Below the pieces are notes generated by a model, which saw only the letters and a program-made list of their open reading frames with translations, did not search any database and had not been told where the DNA came from. Of a DNA stretch of 64,000 nt, positions 1 through 8,897 are shown one piece after another; the stretch's first letter is position 1, and the number at the start of each line of letters is the position of its first letter. The position numbers were made by a program, and so were the translations under genes. Origin of the DNA: Candidatus Zhuqueibacterota bacterium (GTDB lineage Bacteria; Zhuqueibacterota; Zhuqueibacteria; Oceanimicrobiales; Oceanimicrobiaceae); the NCBI GenBank assembly GCA_029261995.1, contig JAJDAF010000010.1, positions 196,767-260,766 on the forward strand, written 5' to 3'.

Positions 1-120
1 CATCAGACGACGGAAGACATCATCATTGCGCCGCAGGCCGAAACCAAATACGATACCATCATCAAAGTCATGGATCGGTGCCGCGAAAGCGGTTTCCCAA
101 ACATCTCGATTTCAGGATAA
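1..120 (+). CDS. exbD: Biopolymer transport protein ExbD/TolR, C-terminal fragment (gene starts upstream of window)
   Basis: Frame 1 is open from base 1 to TAA at 118-120. The tail ...IIAPQAETKYDTIIKVMDRCRESGFPNISI resembles an ExbD periplasmic C-terminus, and an ExbD paralog plus a TonB-like gene follow. Confidence 0.5.
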   Translation, partial: HQTTEDIIIAPQAETKYDTIIKVMDRCRESGFPNISISG

Positions 121-126
121 ACGAGC

Positions 127-654
127 ATGTACTTTAACTTCGACGATCAGGCCGAAAGCCAACTGTTTGTCATCAAGCCGCGGAGAAACAAATCGATCAG
201 TTCGTTTACGCTGCGCCTGACCTCCATGATCGATATGTTTACTATTCTGCTGGTATTCCTGCTCAAAAGCTTTTCCGTGGAAGGCGAGATTATGAGTGTC
301 GCCAGCGACCTGCGCCTACCGGAATCAACCGCGCAGACACCACCGAAGGCGGCGCCAATTCTCGTGGTTACCAGCGAATGGATCATTCTCGACGGCAAAC
401 CGATTGAAAAAGTGAGCACTATCGCAAGCCAGAAGCAAAATTTGATCGCGCCACTCAAAACGCAACTTGCTGCCATTCGGGCGTTTTCAGCAAATCTCAG
501 CGCATTGGACCGCAGTATGAACCTCAAGGGTGACATCACGATCCAGGGTGACCGCGAGATCCCTTTTGCCCTGCTGAAGAAGATCATGTTCACCTGCGGC
601 CAGGAGGGCTTCAACAATATGCTGCTTGCCGTCAACCAGGCAGACCAGGGCTAG
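127..654 (+). CDS. exbD: Biopolymer transport protein ExbD/TolR family
   Basis: 175 aa with a single N-terminal TM helix (MIDMFTILLVFLL) followed by a periplasmic domain, typical of ExbD/TolR. It lies in a Ton-system cluster with an upstream ExbD fragment and a downstream TonB-like gene. Confidence 0.65.
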   Translation: MYFNFDDQAESQLFVIKPRRNKSISSFTLRLTSMIDMFTILLVFLLKSFSVEGEIMSVASDLRLPESTAQTPPKAAPILVVTSEWIILDGKPIEKVSTIASQKQNLIAPLKTQLAAIRAFSANLSALDRSMNLKGDITIQGDREIPFALLKKIMFTCGQEGFNNMLLAVNQADQG

Positions 655-1993
655 CCGCATGGCGAGAACCAGGAAGCAACTCCTTCTAAGGATAGAGCAG
701 GGTGGCGCCGTCACCCTGCACAAGCTACTCGCCAATGAGTCTGTTTCCGTGGGCAGGCATCCTGGGAACGATGTCACTGTTTACGGCGAGGCCTACCCGA
801 AAAAACACATTCTGTTCGCCGGCAAGAAGAGCCATTTCCAGGTGAACTTAAAGGGATTCATGCAGGGCGAAGTCGTCTCCCGGGAAGCCCGACTGTCGTT
901 TCGCGATATGATTCTGCACGATCTGCTTGCGCGCAAGGGTGATTCATTTGTCTACGCAATCGGCGTTGGCAAAAAGGGAGTCGTGCACTTCGGCGACACC
1001 AAAATCGTTTTCCAATGTGAAGAAGTTTCAGCGGCTGCGGTCAAGGCCGCGCGCGTGGAAAAGTTCGCCGGCTTTTCCTGGGTCCGTGCAACCTTCCGGG
1101 ATCTTGGCAACGATCTGCCGTTCAAAGTGGTTCTGCTGTTTTTTGTCATTCTCAACACGTTTTTTGTGCGCTATTTGACGGGTCTACCAACCAGCCCGAG
1201 GACCAATGTTGACCTTGCCCGAGTGCCGGAGCGCCTTGCGAGAATCATTGTCCGGAATCCTGAGCCAGCCACCATCGAGCGAGCCCGCGTTAACGCCGGC
1301 GGGCAGGCAGAAGACCAGGCTGCCGGGGAGTCAGAAGAAAGCAGTGAAGCTGTCGAACGCAGCCGTCGTAACCGGCGGCCCGAAGCACAGGGCGTGCTTG
1401 GCCTGCTAACGGGAATTGGCGCTTCGAGTCAATCGAACAATCTGGCTGACTTTCTGCTGGATAAGGGCCTTGCCCGCGAGCTTGACGAAGCGATCTCGAG
1501 TACGGATCTGTCAGTTGGCCGCGGCAACGGCAGTGGAGATGATTTCGATGAGCTTTTCGCACTCGGGGATTCAGACACCGGAGGCGGAATTGACGACCTG
1601 CTGCAGGATGTCGGTGGCGGTGACGGGATTTCTCTCGGCGAAAAGGGGCAAATTCAGGTCGATAGAATCGGCGGGATGCGCGGCAATCAAGCGGCGCTTG
1701 GCCAGCGCTCGGAAGAGTCTGTGCGCGCGGTCATGCTTTCTTACACCGGCCGCCTGACCTACATTTACAACAAATATCTCAAAATTGAAGCCGGTTTGAA
1801 CGGCAAGCTCGTGGTGGAGGTGGAGATCGCCGCGAACGGTTCTGTCGCGCGGGCAAAACTTGTGTCATCCAGCGTCAATCATCCGGAGTTTGAGCAGGAG
1901 GTTCTCAGCTTCGTTCGCCGTTGGAAGTATGACGCAATCGAGCAGGGCACGGTGACGGTCACCTATCCGCTGTTTTTCAGTAAGGTGGGCTAG
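626..1993 (+). CDS. TonB family energy transducer (C-terminal TonB domain, acidic/Gly-rich linker)
   Basis: The C-terminal ~90 aa (RAVMLSYTGRLTYIYNKYL...GKLVVEVEIAANGSVARAKLVSSSVNHPEFEQEVLSFVRRWKY) matches the TonB_C fold. An N-terminal TM segment and a long low-complexity D/E/G linker precede it. It follows two exbD genes, and an alternative ATG at 659 is possible. Confidence 0.55.
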   Translation: MPSTRQTRASRMARTRKQLLLRIEQGGAVTLHKLLANESVSVGRHPGNDVTVYGEAYPKKHILFAGKKSHFQVNLKGFMQGEVVSREARLSFRDMILHDLLARKGDSFVYAIGVGKKGVVHFGDTKIVFQCEEVSAAAVKAARVEKFAGFSWVRATFRDLGNDLPFKVVLLFFVILNTFFVRYLTGLPTSPRTNVDLARVPERLARIIVRNPEPATIERARVNAGGQAEDQAAGESEESSEAVERSRRNRRPEAQGVLGLLTGIGASSQSNNLADFLLDKGLARELDEAISSTDLSVGRGNGSGDDFDELFALGDSDTGGGIDDLLQDVGGGDGISLGEKGQIQVDRIGGMRGNQAALGQRSEESVRAVMLSYTGRLTYIYNKYLKIEAGLNGKLVVEVEIAANGSVARAKLVSSSVNHPEFEQEVLSFVRRWKYDAIEQGTVTVTYPLFFSKVG

Positions 1994-2616
1994 CCCGCTT
2001 GCACCCGGTTGCCAATCTCTTCCAGAATTCCGTCCATCCAATGCAAATCTTCATACATATCAAAGTTGTCGGTATCGACAATCAGGACGTTCCAGCTATT
2101 TGAAATTTTCTTAATCCAACTCTCGTAGCCGATGTTGAGTTGTGCCAGATATTCGCGGTCCACGCCTTTTTCGTAATCCCGGCCACGTTTCCGGATACGA
2201 CTGATCAACGTCCAGGTCGAGGCCTTGAGGTACACGACAATGTCCGGCCTTTTCAGTGACTGCACCATGGCCTCGTAGATGCTGCGGTAGGAGTGGTAGT
2301 CGCGTTCGGGCATGAACTCACGCAGGTAGAGGTTTTGGGCGAAGATTTCCGCATCTTCGTAAATGCTTCGGTCCTGAATGCAGGTGCTGGTCTTTCTTTG
2401 GATGGCAAGGTGGTCTTTGAACCGTTCGGTGAGGAAGAACACCTGAGAATGGTACGCCCACCTCTGCATGTCTTTGTAGAAATCTTCGAGGTACGGATTT
2501 TTGGCCTGGGGTTCGTAATAAGTCTCCCAGCCAAAGCGTTCGTTGAGTAGCCTGGTTAGCGTGGTTTTGCCGACCCCCATATTGCCGGCAATGGCGATAA
2601 ACTTTGAATTGGACAA
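1990..2616 (-). CDS. Deoxynucleoside kinase (dAK/dGK/dCK family)
   Basis: P-loop IAIAGNMGVGKTTL is followed by an ERS-like and a DRY-like motif (DRSIYED). The ~208 aa length is typical of bacterial deoxynucleoside kinases. Confidence 0.8.
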   Translation of the reverse strand: MSNSKFIAIAGNMGVGKTTLTRLLNERFGWETYYEPQAKNPYLEDFYKDMQRWAYHSQVFFLTERFKDHLAIQRKTSTCIQDRSIYEDAEIFAQNLYLREFMPERDYHSYRSIYEAMVQSLKRPDIVVYLKASTWTLISRIRKRGRDYEKGVDREYLAQLNIGYESWIKKISNSWNVLIVDTDNFDMYEDLHWMDGILEEIGNRVQAG

Positions 2617-2870
2617 CCGTGCCTCCTGCTTTGGCGACTATTTTAGTCATTTCGGGCCACAAAAGGCAAGCGCTTTTTGGGCGCAATTGTGTTCAGTCGC
2701 GATTTTTTTCACGACTTACTGTCCGAATCAAGCTTCAATATCCAGTTTGCATCCCGCCCCGACTTGTGCGCCCATCTCATGGTTTCAGCAGTGCCCTTCG
2801 ATTTTTGTTGATTGCCAATGCAAACCATCTTAATTAGTAATGGTCTAACCTGGTGTGAAAAGAAACGGGA

Positions 2871-3446
2871 ATGAATAGCGACGAACGAGCAATTATTCAG
2901 GAAGCCCAGCGAGGGAATATCGTGGCCTTTGAATCGTTGGTGAAAAAATACGACCGCCAGGTCATGCAGATCGCGGCGAGCATGGTGAACAATGCCCACG
3001 ATGCTGAAGACATCTACCAGGAAGTCTTTGTGCGTGTTCACAGAAACTTGCGGCGCTTTCAGTTTCGCAGCGAGTTTTCGACCTGGCTCTACCGAGTGGT
3101 CGTGAACTACTGCATTAACTTCCAGAAGAAGCGTCGGCGCAACCGTGCTTTTTCTTTGGATAGTGATTTTGATCAGGAATCGATGGGTTGGCAGCTGACC
3201 ATCGCAGATGCGGAGAAGACGCCGGAGCAATCGATGCTCAATCAGGAACTCTCCAATGAAATCGATGCCGCACTCGATCAGCTTTCCAGTCAACAGAAAC
3301 TGGTCTTCGTTCTGCGTCACTACCACGGTTTCAAGCTCAAGGACATCGCCGCCATGATGGGCTGCTCGCTGGGGACCATCAAGAACTACTTGTTCCGGGC
3401 GACTCAAAAGATGCAAAGCCAACTGAGAGACCATTCTCACGCGTAA
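2871..3446 (+). CDS. RNA polymerase ECF-type sigma-70 factor
   Basis: Region 2 (DIYQEVFVRVHRNLRRFQ...FSTWLYRVVVNYCINF) and region 4 HTH (QQKLVFVLRHYHGFKLKDIAAMMGCSLGTIKNYLFRA) are both recognisable in a 191-aa protein. Confidence 0.85.
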   Translation: MNSDERAIIQEAQRGNIVAFESLVKKYDRQVMQIAASMVNNAHDAEDIYQEVFVRVHRNLRRFQFRSEFSTWLYRVVVNYCINFQKKRRRNRAFSLDSDFDQESMGWQLTIADAEKTPEQSMLNQELSNEIDAALDQLSSQQKLVFVLRHYHGFKLKDIAAMMGCSLGTIKNYLFRATQKMQSQLRDHSHA

Positions 3447-3457
3447 AGGAAGATGTT

Positions 3458-4399
3458 ATGAATTTGCCAAAGGACCTCGAGCAAGCCATCGTGCTCTATT
3501 TGTACGATGAACTCTCAGGACAAGAGAAGCAGGAATTCGAAACGCATATCGAATTCAACCAGGCCAGCCGCCGAAAGCTCGACGAGTTTCGAAAGCTGCA
3601 TGGCGTGCTAGGTAATCGCGCTCTCTTGACCCCATCGGAGCAAACGCTTGTCGGGGCGCGTGCTAATTTGCGAGACCGTCTGCGTGACGAGCGCAAAGCC
3701 GCCATGAAGGAGAATTGGTTTGACGGACTACGCTCTGCTGTGGCAATCACCGGACGCGGGATGCAGCTTGCAACGGGGTTCGCTTTGCTTCTGGCTGGCC
3801 TTGTCGTCGGACGCTGGACTGCCACTGGCTCCGAACTAGCTTCGTACGAGACCCGAATCGCCGGCCAACGTGGCCTGCCTGCCATCTCGGATGTCGGCAG
3901 CGTGCAGTACGACCCTGCGAGCGGGCTGGTGACGGTGCAGTATCAGACCGTCGATGAGGTTTCGCTGAGCGGCAGCGTTGACGACGCATCAATTCGCCAT
4001 GTCTTGAGCTACGCGATTCGTTCCGAGACACACCCAGGCCGAAGATTGGCGGCGGTGAAAGCCACGGCCGGCGGTTCGTTTGCCGACGACGAACTCGAAC
4101 AAGCGCTGGTAAAGGCGATGGAAGACGATGAAATCGATGGTGTGCGTCTCAAGGCGGCCAAGGTTCTGAAGGCGTTGCCTATCAGCCGGAATATCAAAAG
4201 AGCGTTCATTCGTGTCCTTTTCAAAGACCCAAACCCGGCTATCCGGATTGAGGCCTTGGACGCTCTGAGCCAGGTTCAGGAACAGGACGTGGTGCCGATC
4301 CTGAGAAACGCCGCGAAAGACGACGACAACGAATTCGTGCGCTTGCAGGCTTCGCGCACGCTCGAGCGTACCGAAAATCCCGAAGTCGTGGAGAGATAG
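3458..4399 (+). CDS. Putative anti-sigma factor: single-pass membrane protein with C-terminal HEAT-like repeats
   Basis: It starts 11 nt after the ECF sigma stop. The N-terminal cytoplasmic segment is followed by one TM helix (LATGFALLLAGLVVGRW). The C-terminal region carries HEAT/PBS-like repeats (RLKAAKVLKAL, AIRIEALDALSQV, FVRLQASRTL). Confidence 0.5.
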   Translation: MNLPKDLEQAIVLYLYDELSGQEKQEFETHIEFNQASRRKLDEFRKLHGVLGNRALLTPSEQTLVGARANLRDRLRDERKAAMKENWFDGLRSAVAITGRGMQLATGFALLLAGLVVGRWTATGSELASYETRIAGQRGLPAISDVGSVQYDPASGLVTVQYQTVDEVSLSGSVDDASIRHVLSYAIRSETHPGRRLAAVKATAGGSFADDELEQALVKAMEDDEIDGVRLKAAKVLKALPISRNIKRAFIRVLFKDPNPAIRIEALDALSQVQEQDVVPILRNAAKDDDNEFVRLQASRTLERTENPEVVER

Positions 4400-4514
4400 A
4401 TTTTTTCGGCGCCCAATGTGGGTGCAGAACAAAGCAATCGTGTTGGAAACACCAAACTAGATCCAAAGTGTTGACGGAATCTACCGAAATAAAATCAATC
4501 TTAGGAGATCGAAA

Positions 4515-5795
4515 ATGACAGCGAATAGTTTCACCAGGGCGAGCATGCTGGCAGTTGCGGTTTGCATTCTCCTGTCTGTTCAGCCTGCATCAGCGCAAAA
4601 GCTGACCAAGTCTGGAAGATACTATGTGGCGGATATCGAGAAGACGTTTAAGGTGACGGGAGCCGGAACTTTGACAATCCGGGGTGTTAGTGGCAGTGTG
4701 TTCGTGTCGTCGTGGGAGCGCTCTGAAGTCCAGATCAAAGAAATCAAGAAGATGGATGTTTTCACGGAAAAAGAAGCGGAAACGGTTTTGGAGCGCTCCG
4801 AGTCCAGCTATCGCCAGCAGGGCAATGACATCTTTGTTGATGGAGAGCATTCGCGCCGCGACTGGGTTAAAAGCAAGTTTGAAGTGTGGGCGCCAAAGTC
4901 GTTTAGCGTAGATCTCGACACCCGCGGTGGAGACATCCGGGTAAGCAATCTGACAGGCACGGCAAACATCCAAACCTCGGGTGGGGATATCGCCCTGAAC
5001 GAGATCGGTGGTGAAATCGATGCCCGCACCTCAGGAGGCGACATCGAGGTCTCGGGGGCCGAGAAAGAGGTCAGCCTGCGTACTTCTGGCGGAGATCTCG
5101 AGCTTAGACGGATTCTCGGGCCGCTTACCGGCCGGACTTCCGGCGGCGAGATCAAACTCACGGAATCGCAGGGGGAAGTGAAGCTGCACACCTCCGGAGG
5201 AAGTATCGAGATTGACCAGGTGCGAGGCGAGGTGGAAGCGCACACATCCGGCGGCGACATTGTCGTGACCGATGCCACTGCGAGTGTTGAAGTTCAAACT
5301 TCCGGCGGAGACATCGAATTCAGAAATATCGGCGGCTCCCTTGAAGCGGAGACTTCCGGTGGAGATATCGAGGGCAAGGCGGTAAGTGGAGATGCCAGAG
5401 TATCCACGGCGGGTGGCGATATCGAGATTCACGACCTGCGTGGCGGAGTGGAAGGCAAGACTGCCGGCGGCGACATCGAAGTTGAGATGACCCTGCAGGA
5501 CTTCTCGAAGAATCATGCTGTATTTCTCCGAACTGCCGGCGGGGAAATCCGGTTAACAATTCCGGAGAAACTTCCGGCGAGCATCCGTGCCGAAATCGAG
5601 GTTGAGGACCGTTGGGAATCTTATGACATCTATTCTGACTTTCCTTTGACCAGCTCTGACGGCTCAGAAGGCGTCAAATCACGCAGGAAAAGAGGGAGAA
5701 GAATCAGCAGCGAGGGGGCGATCAACGGCGGCGGCGACCCAATTGAGCTCTTCACACGAGACGGCAATATCTACATTAAGAAACTAGCCAGGTAG
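4515..5795 (+). CDS. Secreted DUF4097-family tandem-repeat protein (putative adhesin)
   Basis: A signal peptide (AVCILLSVQPASA) is followed by about 11 tandem ~20-aa repeats, each containing TSGGDI(E/V). The gene lies directly downstream of the ECF sigma/anti-sigma pair. Confidence 0.7.
   Translation: MTANSFTRASMLAVAVCILLSVQPASAQKLTKSGRYYVADIEKTFKVTGAGTLTIRGVSGSVFVSSWERSEVQIKEIKKMDVFTEKEAETVLERSESSYRQQGNDIFVDGEHSRRDWVKSKFEVWAPKSFSVDLDTRGGDIRVSNLTGTANIQTSGGDIALNEIGGEIDARTSGGDIEVSGAEKEVSLRTSGGDLELRRILGPLTGRTSGGEIKLTESQGEVKLHTSGGSIEIDQVRGEVEAHTSGGDIVVTDATASVEVQTSGGDIEFRNIGGSLEAETSGGDIEGKAVSGDARVSTAGGDIEIHDLRGGVEGKTAGGDIEVEMTLQDFSKNHAVFLRTAGGEIRLTIPEKLPASIRAEIEVEDRWESYDIYSDFPLTSSDGSEGVKSRRKRGRRISSEGAINGGGDPIELFTRDGNIYIKKLAR
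4924..5493 (+). repeat. Intragenic tandem repeat, ~60 bp period x ~11, encoding the TSGGDI modules
   Basis: The periodic protein motif TSGGDIxxxxxxxxxxxxxx is visible in the translation of 4515..5795. Confidence 0.6.
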
Positions 5796-5825
5796 ACCTG
5801 CAGCATTGGGCGCGGTTTGACCACA

Positions 5826-8267
5826 TCAGACCGCGCCCGCGGGGTTCAGAGGATCTCCCACCTTTATCACCACCATCGTGAAATCATCGTGCTGCTTGGT
5901 ATTCTTTGAGAACCTCGCCACGTCGGTGCTGATTCGTTCCAGCAGATGCGCTGCACTCTGTCCGTTTGCGCGGGCAATGCACTGGCACAGGCGGTCTTCG
6001 CCAAACTCATCACCGTTCTTACTGGTGGATTCAGAGATTCCGTCCGTGTAAAACACAAACGTGTCGCCACACTCAATCGGGATTTCAACCTGCTCGATCG
6101 TGCGTGAAAAAATATCGCCGGAGTCGAGGCCAATGGCCAATCCCGGCGGCAGAATCATTTCTGGCTTGCCGGTCGCCTTGCGGTTTACGATCAGGGGGTT
6201 GTGGCCGGCGCGTGCAAACCGAAGGACACTTTTTTCCAGGTCGAACTCTGCGAAAATCATGCTGATGAAGACCTCTTTGGGTACGTTTTCGTAGAAGATC
6301 GCATTCATCTCTGAAAGAATTCTCTTCGGATTGCTGCTACCCCTGCACAGCGTTTTGATGATGCCTTTTGCCATGGTCATATAAAATGCGGCCGACACGC
6401 CTTTGCCGGACACATCACCAACAATGACTCCAAGCGAATTGTTGCCGTTGAGAACAAAATCGTAGTAGTCACCGCCGACCTCCATGGCCGGCCGGCAAAC
6501 GCACGCGATATCAAGCTTCGGCAGGCTCGGTATCGTTTGCGGCAGGAATCTGGACTGCACACTGCGCGCAATTTCAAGCTCTTTGAGAAACCTCTCACGC
6601 TCGGCTATCCGGCCAACGTAGCCCGGGATGTAGTGCTCAAAGTCCAGGACAGAGCGTTCGCTCCTGGAGAGCAGCACGCCGGAACCCACGAGCAAGGCGG
6701 CGAACCCGCAGGCGAAAACACCTGATGGACTCAGCCATGGTTCGGCCTGCTGCCCGAGCAGTATCAGGTCAATGTATGCCACGATGGTGAACATTGAAAT
6801 AATAATGGTCACATAATCATAACAAAAAATGAAGTACGAGGCCAGCAACGCCAGCGGCAAAAACAGGAGAAAGGCAAGATATGTTGGCTGCGTGTTGAAC
6901 AGTTGCAGAATGACGGCGTCAAGAAACACAGCGAAGAGCAAAACCATTAGCGCGCGATTTTTCAGCTTTTCGCACAGATAAGAGGTGAAGAAGACCACCA
7001 GCACTATTCCGGCAAGCCCGGCGGAGACAGCACTGTCGAGCAACGTTCCGAGCAGGCCTCTCATGCCCGTGAAAATCTGCAGCACATCATCATCGAACTC
7101 TAAATAGCCTCCCAGGAAGTCGGTCACCCAATAGATGATGGCGAATCCCAGCAGAATTGAACCCGAAACAAAGACGGCGTTCAGTATTGCGAAGCCCAAC
7201 TCTCTCACTCGTATGAAGCCTCGGAACAGAACGTCAGTCAGAGCCATGCGTTCAGGCCAGACGTCCCGCACCATCGACTCGGATACCGGATGCGCGATGA
7301 GAATCGCGATGCCAGCCAGGATTGCCGAAGCGCCACCACCGAAAATTATTTCCGTCCATGATGGCCAGATGATGTTGGCCATAGCAGCCCAGGTGACGAG
7401 ACAGCCTGCAAACGCCAGCCAGCGCGCTCTTGTGAACTCGAGTTCATCGTGACGTATTTTTGCAAAGAAGCGAATCAGCAGCAAGATAGAGACAGCCAAC
7501 CAGAGCACCACCGATGTTATGTACGAAATATCTCGGGAGGTCTTGTGGCGTTCCGGAACGATCGGTTCGTCGGTGTCAAATGTAAGCCTTGCCAGATAAT
7601 AGGTAATCTGCTTGCCGCTAACGTTTATTTCGTAGCTCTCTCGCAAGTCCCGGTTGATGGGTGAGTCTTTTAGAAAGGCGAAGCTATGAATGCGGACACG
7701 ACCCTGGGTGTTGACGGTTGTGCTGACAAGCTCCATCGCAGTTGTGTCAACTTGCTGCTCGACCAGGAAGGCGCGGGCCAAACCCTCTGCTTCGCTTTCC
7801 TTGAGGTTTGGCGGTTTCAGGAGGCTGGCGCCCTGCTGCTCCAGCTTGATGAGATTACCGGAGAAATCGTAGTCGAGACCGTAAGCGACCTCCTGTTTGC
7901 CTTCCTTCCTAATCTCCACGACGCCTTCCCAGAAAATCGTCCAGGATGCCGCCGGGAAGAACGCGTCCGGGACATGGCTACCCAGGTGGGTTTGCGCATA
8001 GCTGAGCAGGTTATTGTTCAAATCAGGCGAGACCTTCCGGCGGAGATCGAGATCCGAAAGATCAGTAGTGCTGTAAAGTTGCTCCGCCCGCAACAATATC
8101 TCTTCCCGAGGCACGTCCTGGTGAATGATATTGGTCACTGGCAGGCGCTGAGCCAACTGAAAAAACAGGATCAAGCCAACGCAACCGGCTGAGGTCCTTA
8201 AGAGGAGAGAGTGGTATGAGTTGTCGTTCATTCGTCCATGGGTTGAATCGCTGGCAATATAGGACAA
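5826..8267 (-). CDS. Membrane-bound PP2C-family serine phosphatase (SpoIIE/RsbU-like) with N-terminal periplasmic domain and multi-TM region
   Basis: The C-terminal ~250 aa show PP2C/SpoIIE motifs (GGDYYDF, GDVSGKGVSAAFYM, FYTDGISE, DDFTMVVIKV). They are preceded by ~7 TM helices and an extracytoplasmic N-terminal domain, a 7TMR-DISM-like arrangement. The true start may be internal. Confidence 0.75.
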   Translation of the reverse strand: MSYIASDSTHGRMNDNSYHSLLLRTSAGCVGLILFFQLAQRLPVTNIIHQDVPREEILLRAEQLYSTTDLSDLDLRRKVSPDLNNNLLSYAQTHLGSHVPDAFFPAASWTIFWEGVVEIRKEGKQEVAYGLDYDFSGNLIKLEQQGASLLKPPNLKESEAEGLARAFLVEQQVDTTAMELVSTTVNTQGRVRIHSFAFLKDSPINRDLRESYEINVSGKQITYYLARLTFDTDEPIVPERHKTSRDISYITSVVLWLAVSILLLIRFFAKIRHDELEFTRARWLAFAGCLVTWAAMANIIWPSWTEIIFGGGASAILAGIAILIAHPVSESMVRDVWPERMALTDVLFRGFIRVRELGFAILNAVFVSGSILLGFAIIYWVTDFLGGYLEFDDDVLQIFTGMRGLLGTLLDSAVSAGLAGIVLVVFFTSYLCEKLKNRALMVLLFAVFLDAVILQLFNTQPTYLAFLLFLPLALLASYFIFCYDYVTIIISMFTIVAYIDLILLGQQAEPWLSPSGVFACGFAALLVGSGVLLSRSERSVLDFEHYIPGYVGRIAERERFLKELEIARSVQSRFLPQTIPSLPKLDIACVCRPAMEVGGDYYDFVLNGNNSLGVIVGDVSGKGVSAAFYMTMAKGIIKTLCRGSSNPKRILSEMNAIFYENVPKEVFISMIFAEFDLEKSVLRFARAGHNPLIVNRKATGKPEMILPPGLAIGLDSGDIFSRTIEQVEIPIECGDTFVFYTDGISESTSKNGDEFGEDRLCQCIARANGQSAAHLLERISTDVARFSKNTKQHDDFTMVVIKVGDPLNPAGAV

Positions 8268-8426
8268 TCGCAGCTAAAAAGCAACCAGCGCATGAAGCAG
8301 AAGACGACCGTTTCTCCTGGTTTCGGCTTGACATCTATGCAATTATTCACTAACATGATTAACGTCTATGTTGACATAATGTTGGCTTTTTCGTCCGCAA
8401 TCCAAAAAATACGATACGCAATCCGC

Positions 8427-8897
8427 ATGGTCTGCACTCTGGTCGAGAACGTTCGAAGTCTTTACAATGTGGGTACCATCTTCCGGACTGCCGATGGCGC
8501 CGGCATATCCAGGGTTCATCTCGCCGGCATCACCGGAAAGCCGCCGCATCGCGAAATCCGCAAAGTTGCACTGGGCGCTGAGGAGCACGTTCCGTGGCAA
8601 CATCACACCGACGCCCTTGGGTTGGTGAGGGAATTGAAAGGCCGGGGCGTCCAGATTGTGGTGCTGGAAACGACGGCTGCGAGCGTACCCTACGATCAGG
8701 CCAGCTATCAATTTCCGCTCTGCCTGGTGGTGGGAAATGAGTACGAGGGCGTCAGCGAGAAGGTTCTACGCGAAGCCGACCTGATTGTCAGCATTCCAAT
8801 GTCCGGCATCAAAGTTTCGCTCAACGTCGGCGTGGCGTTTGGTGTCGCTGCATATGAAATCGTCAAACACTATCAAAGAACACTTTCGGAGGGGTAA
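8427..8897 (+). CDS. SpoU/TrmH-family RNA 2'-O-methyltransferase (TrmL-like)
   Basis: Motifs NVGTIFRTADGAGI, LVVGNEYEGVS and SLNVGVAFGVAAYE fit the SPOUT knot. The ORF track starts at a TTG/ATG at 8292, but the ATG at 8427 gives the typical ~157 aa. Confidence 0.65.
   Translation: MVCTLVENVRSLYNVGTIFRTADGAGISRVHLAGITGKPPHREIRKVALGAEEHVPWQHHTDALGLVRELKGRGVQIVVLETTAASVPYDQASYQFPLCLVVGNEYEGVSEKVLREADLIVSIPMSGIKVSLNVGVAFGVAAYEIVKHYQRTLSEG

Noticed and set aside
4808-5516. Two overlapping minus-strand ORFs (156 and 161 aa)
   Set aside because: They are the antisense reading of the DUF4097 tandem repeats, an artefact of repeat periodicity.
8292-8426. N-terminal 45-codon extension of the SpoU methyltransferase ORF
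   Set aside because: The extension is hydrophobic junk without motif. The ATG at 8427 yields the canonical ~157-aa SPOUT protein, and the extension overlaps the divergent promoter region.
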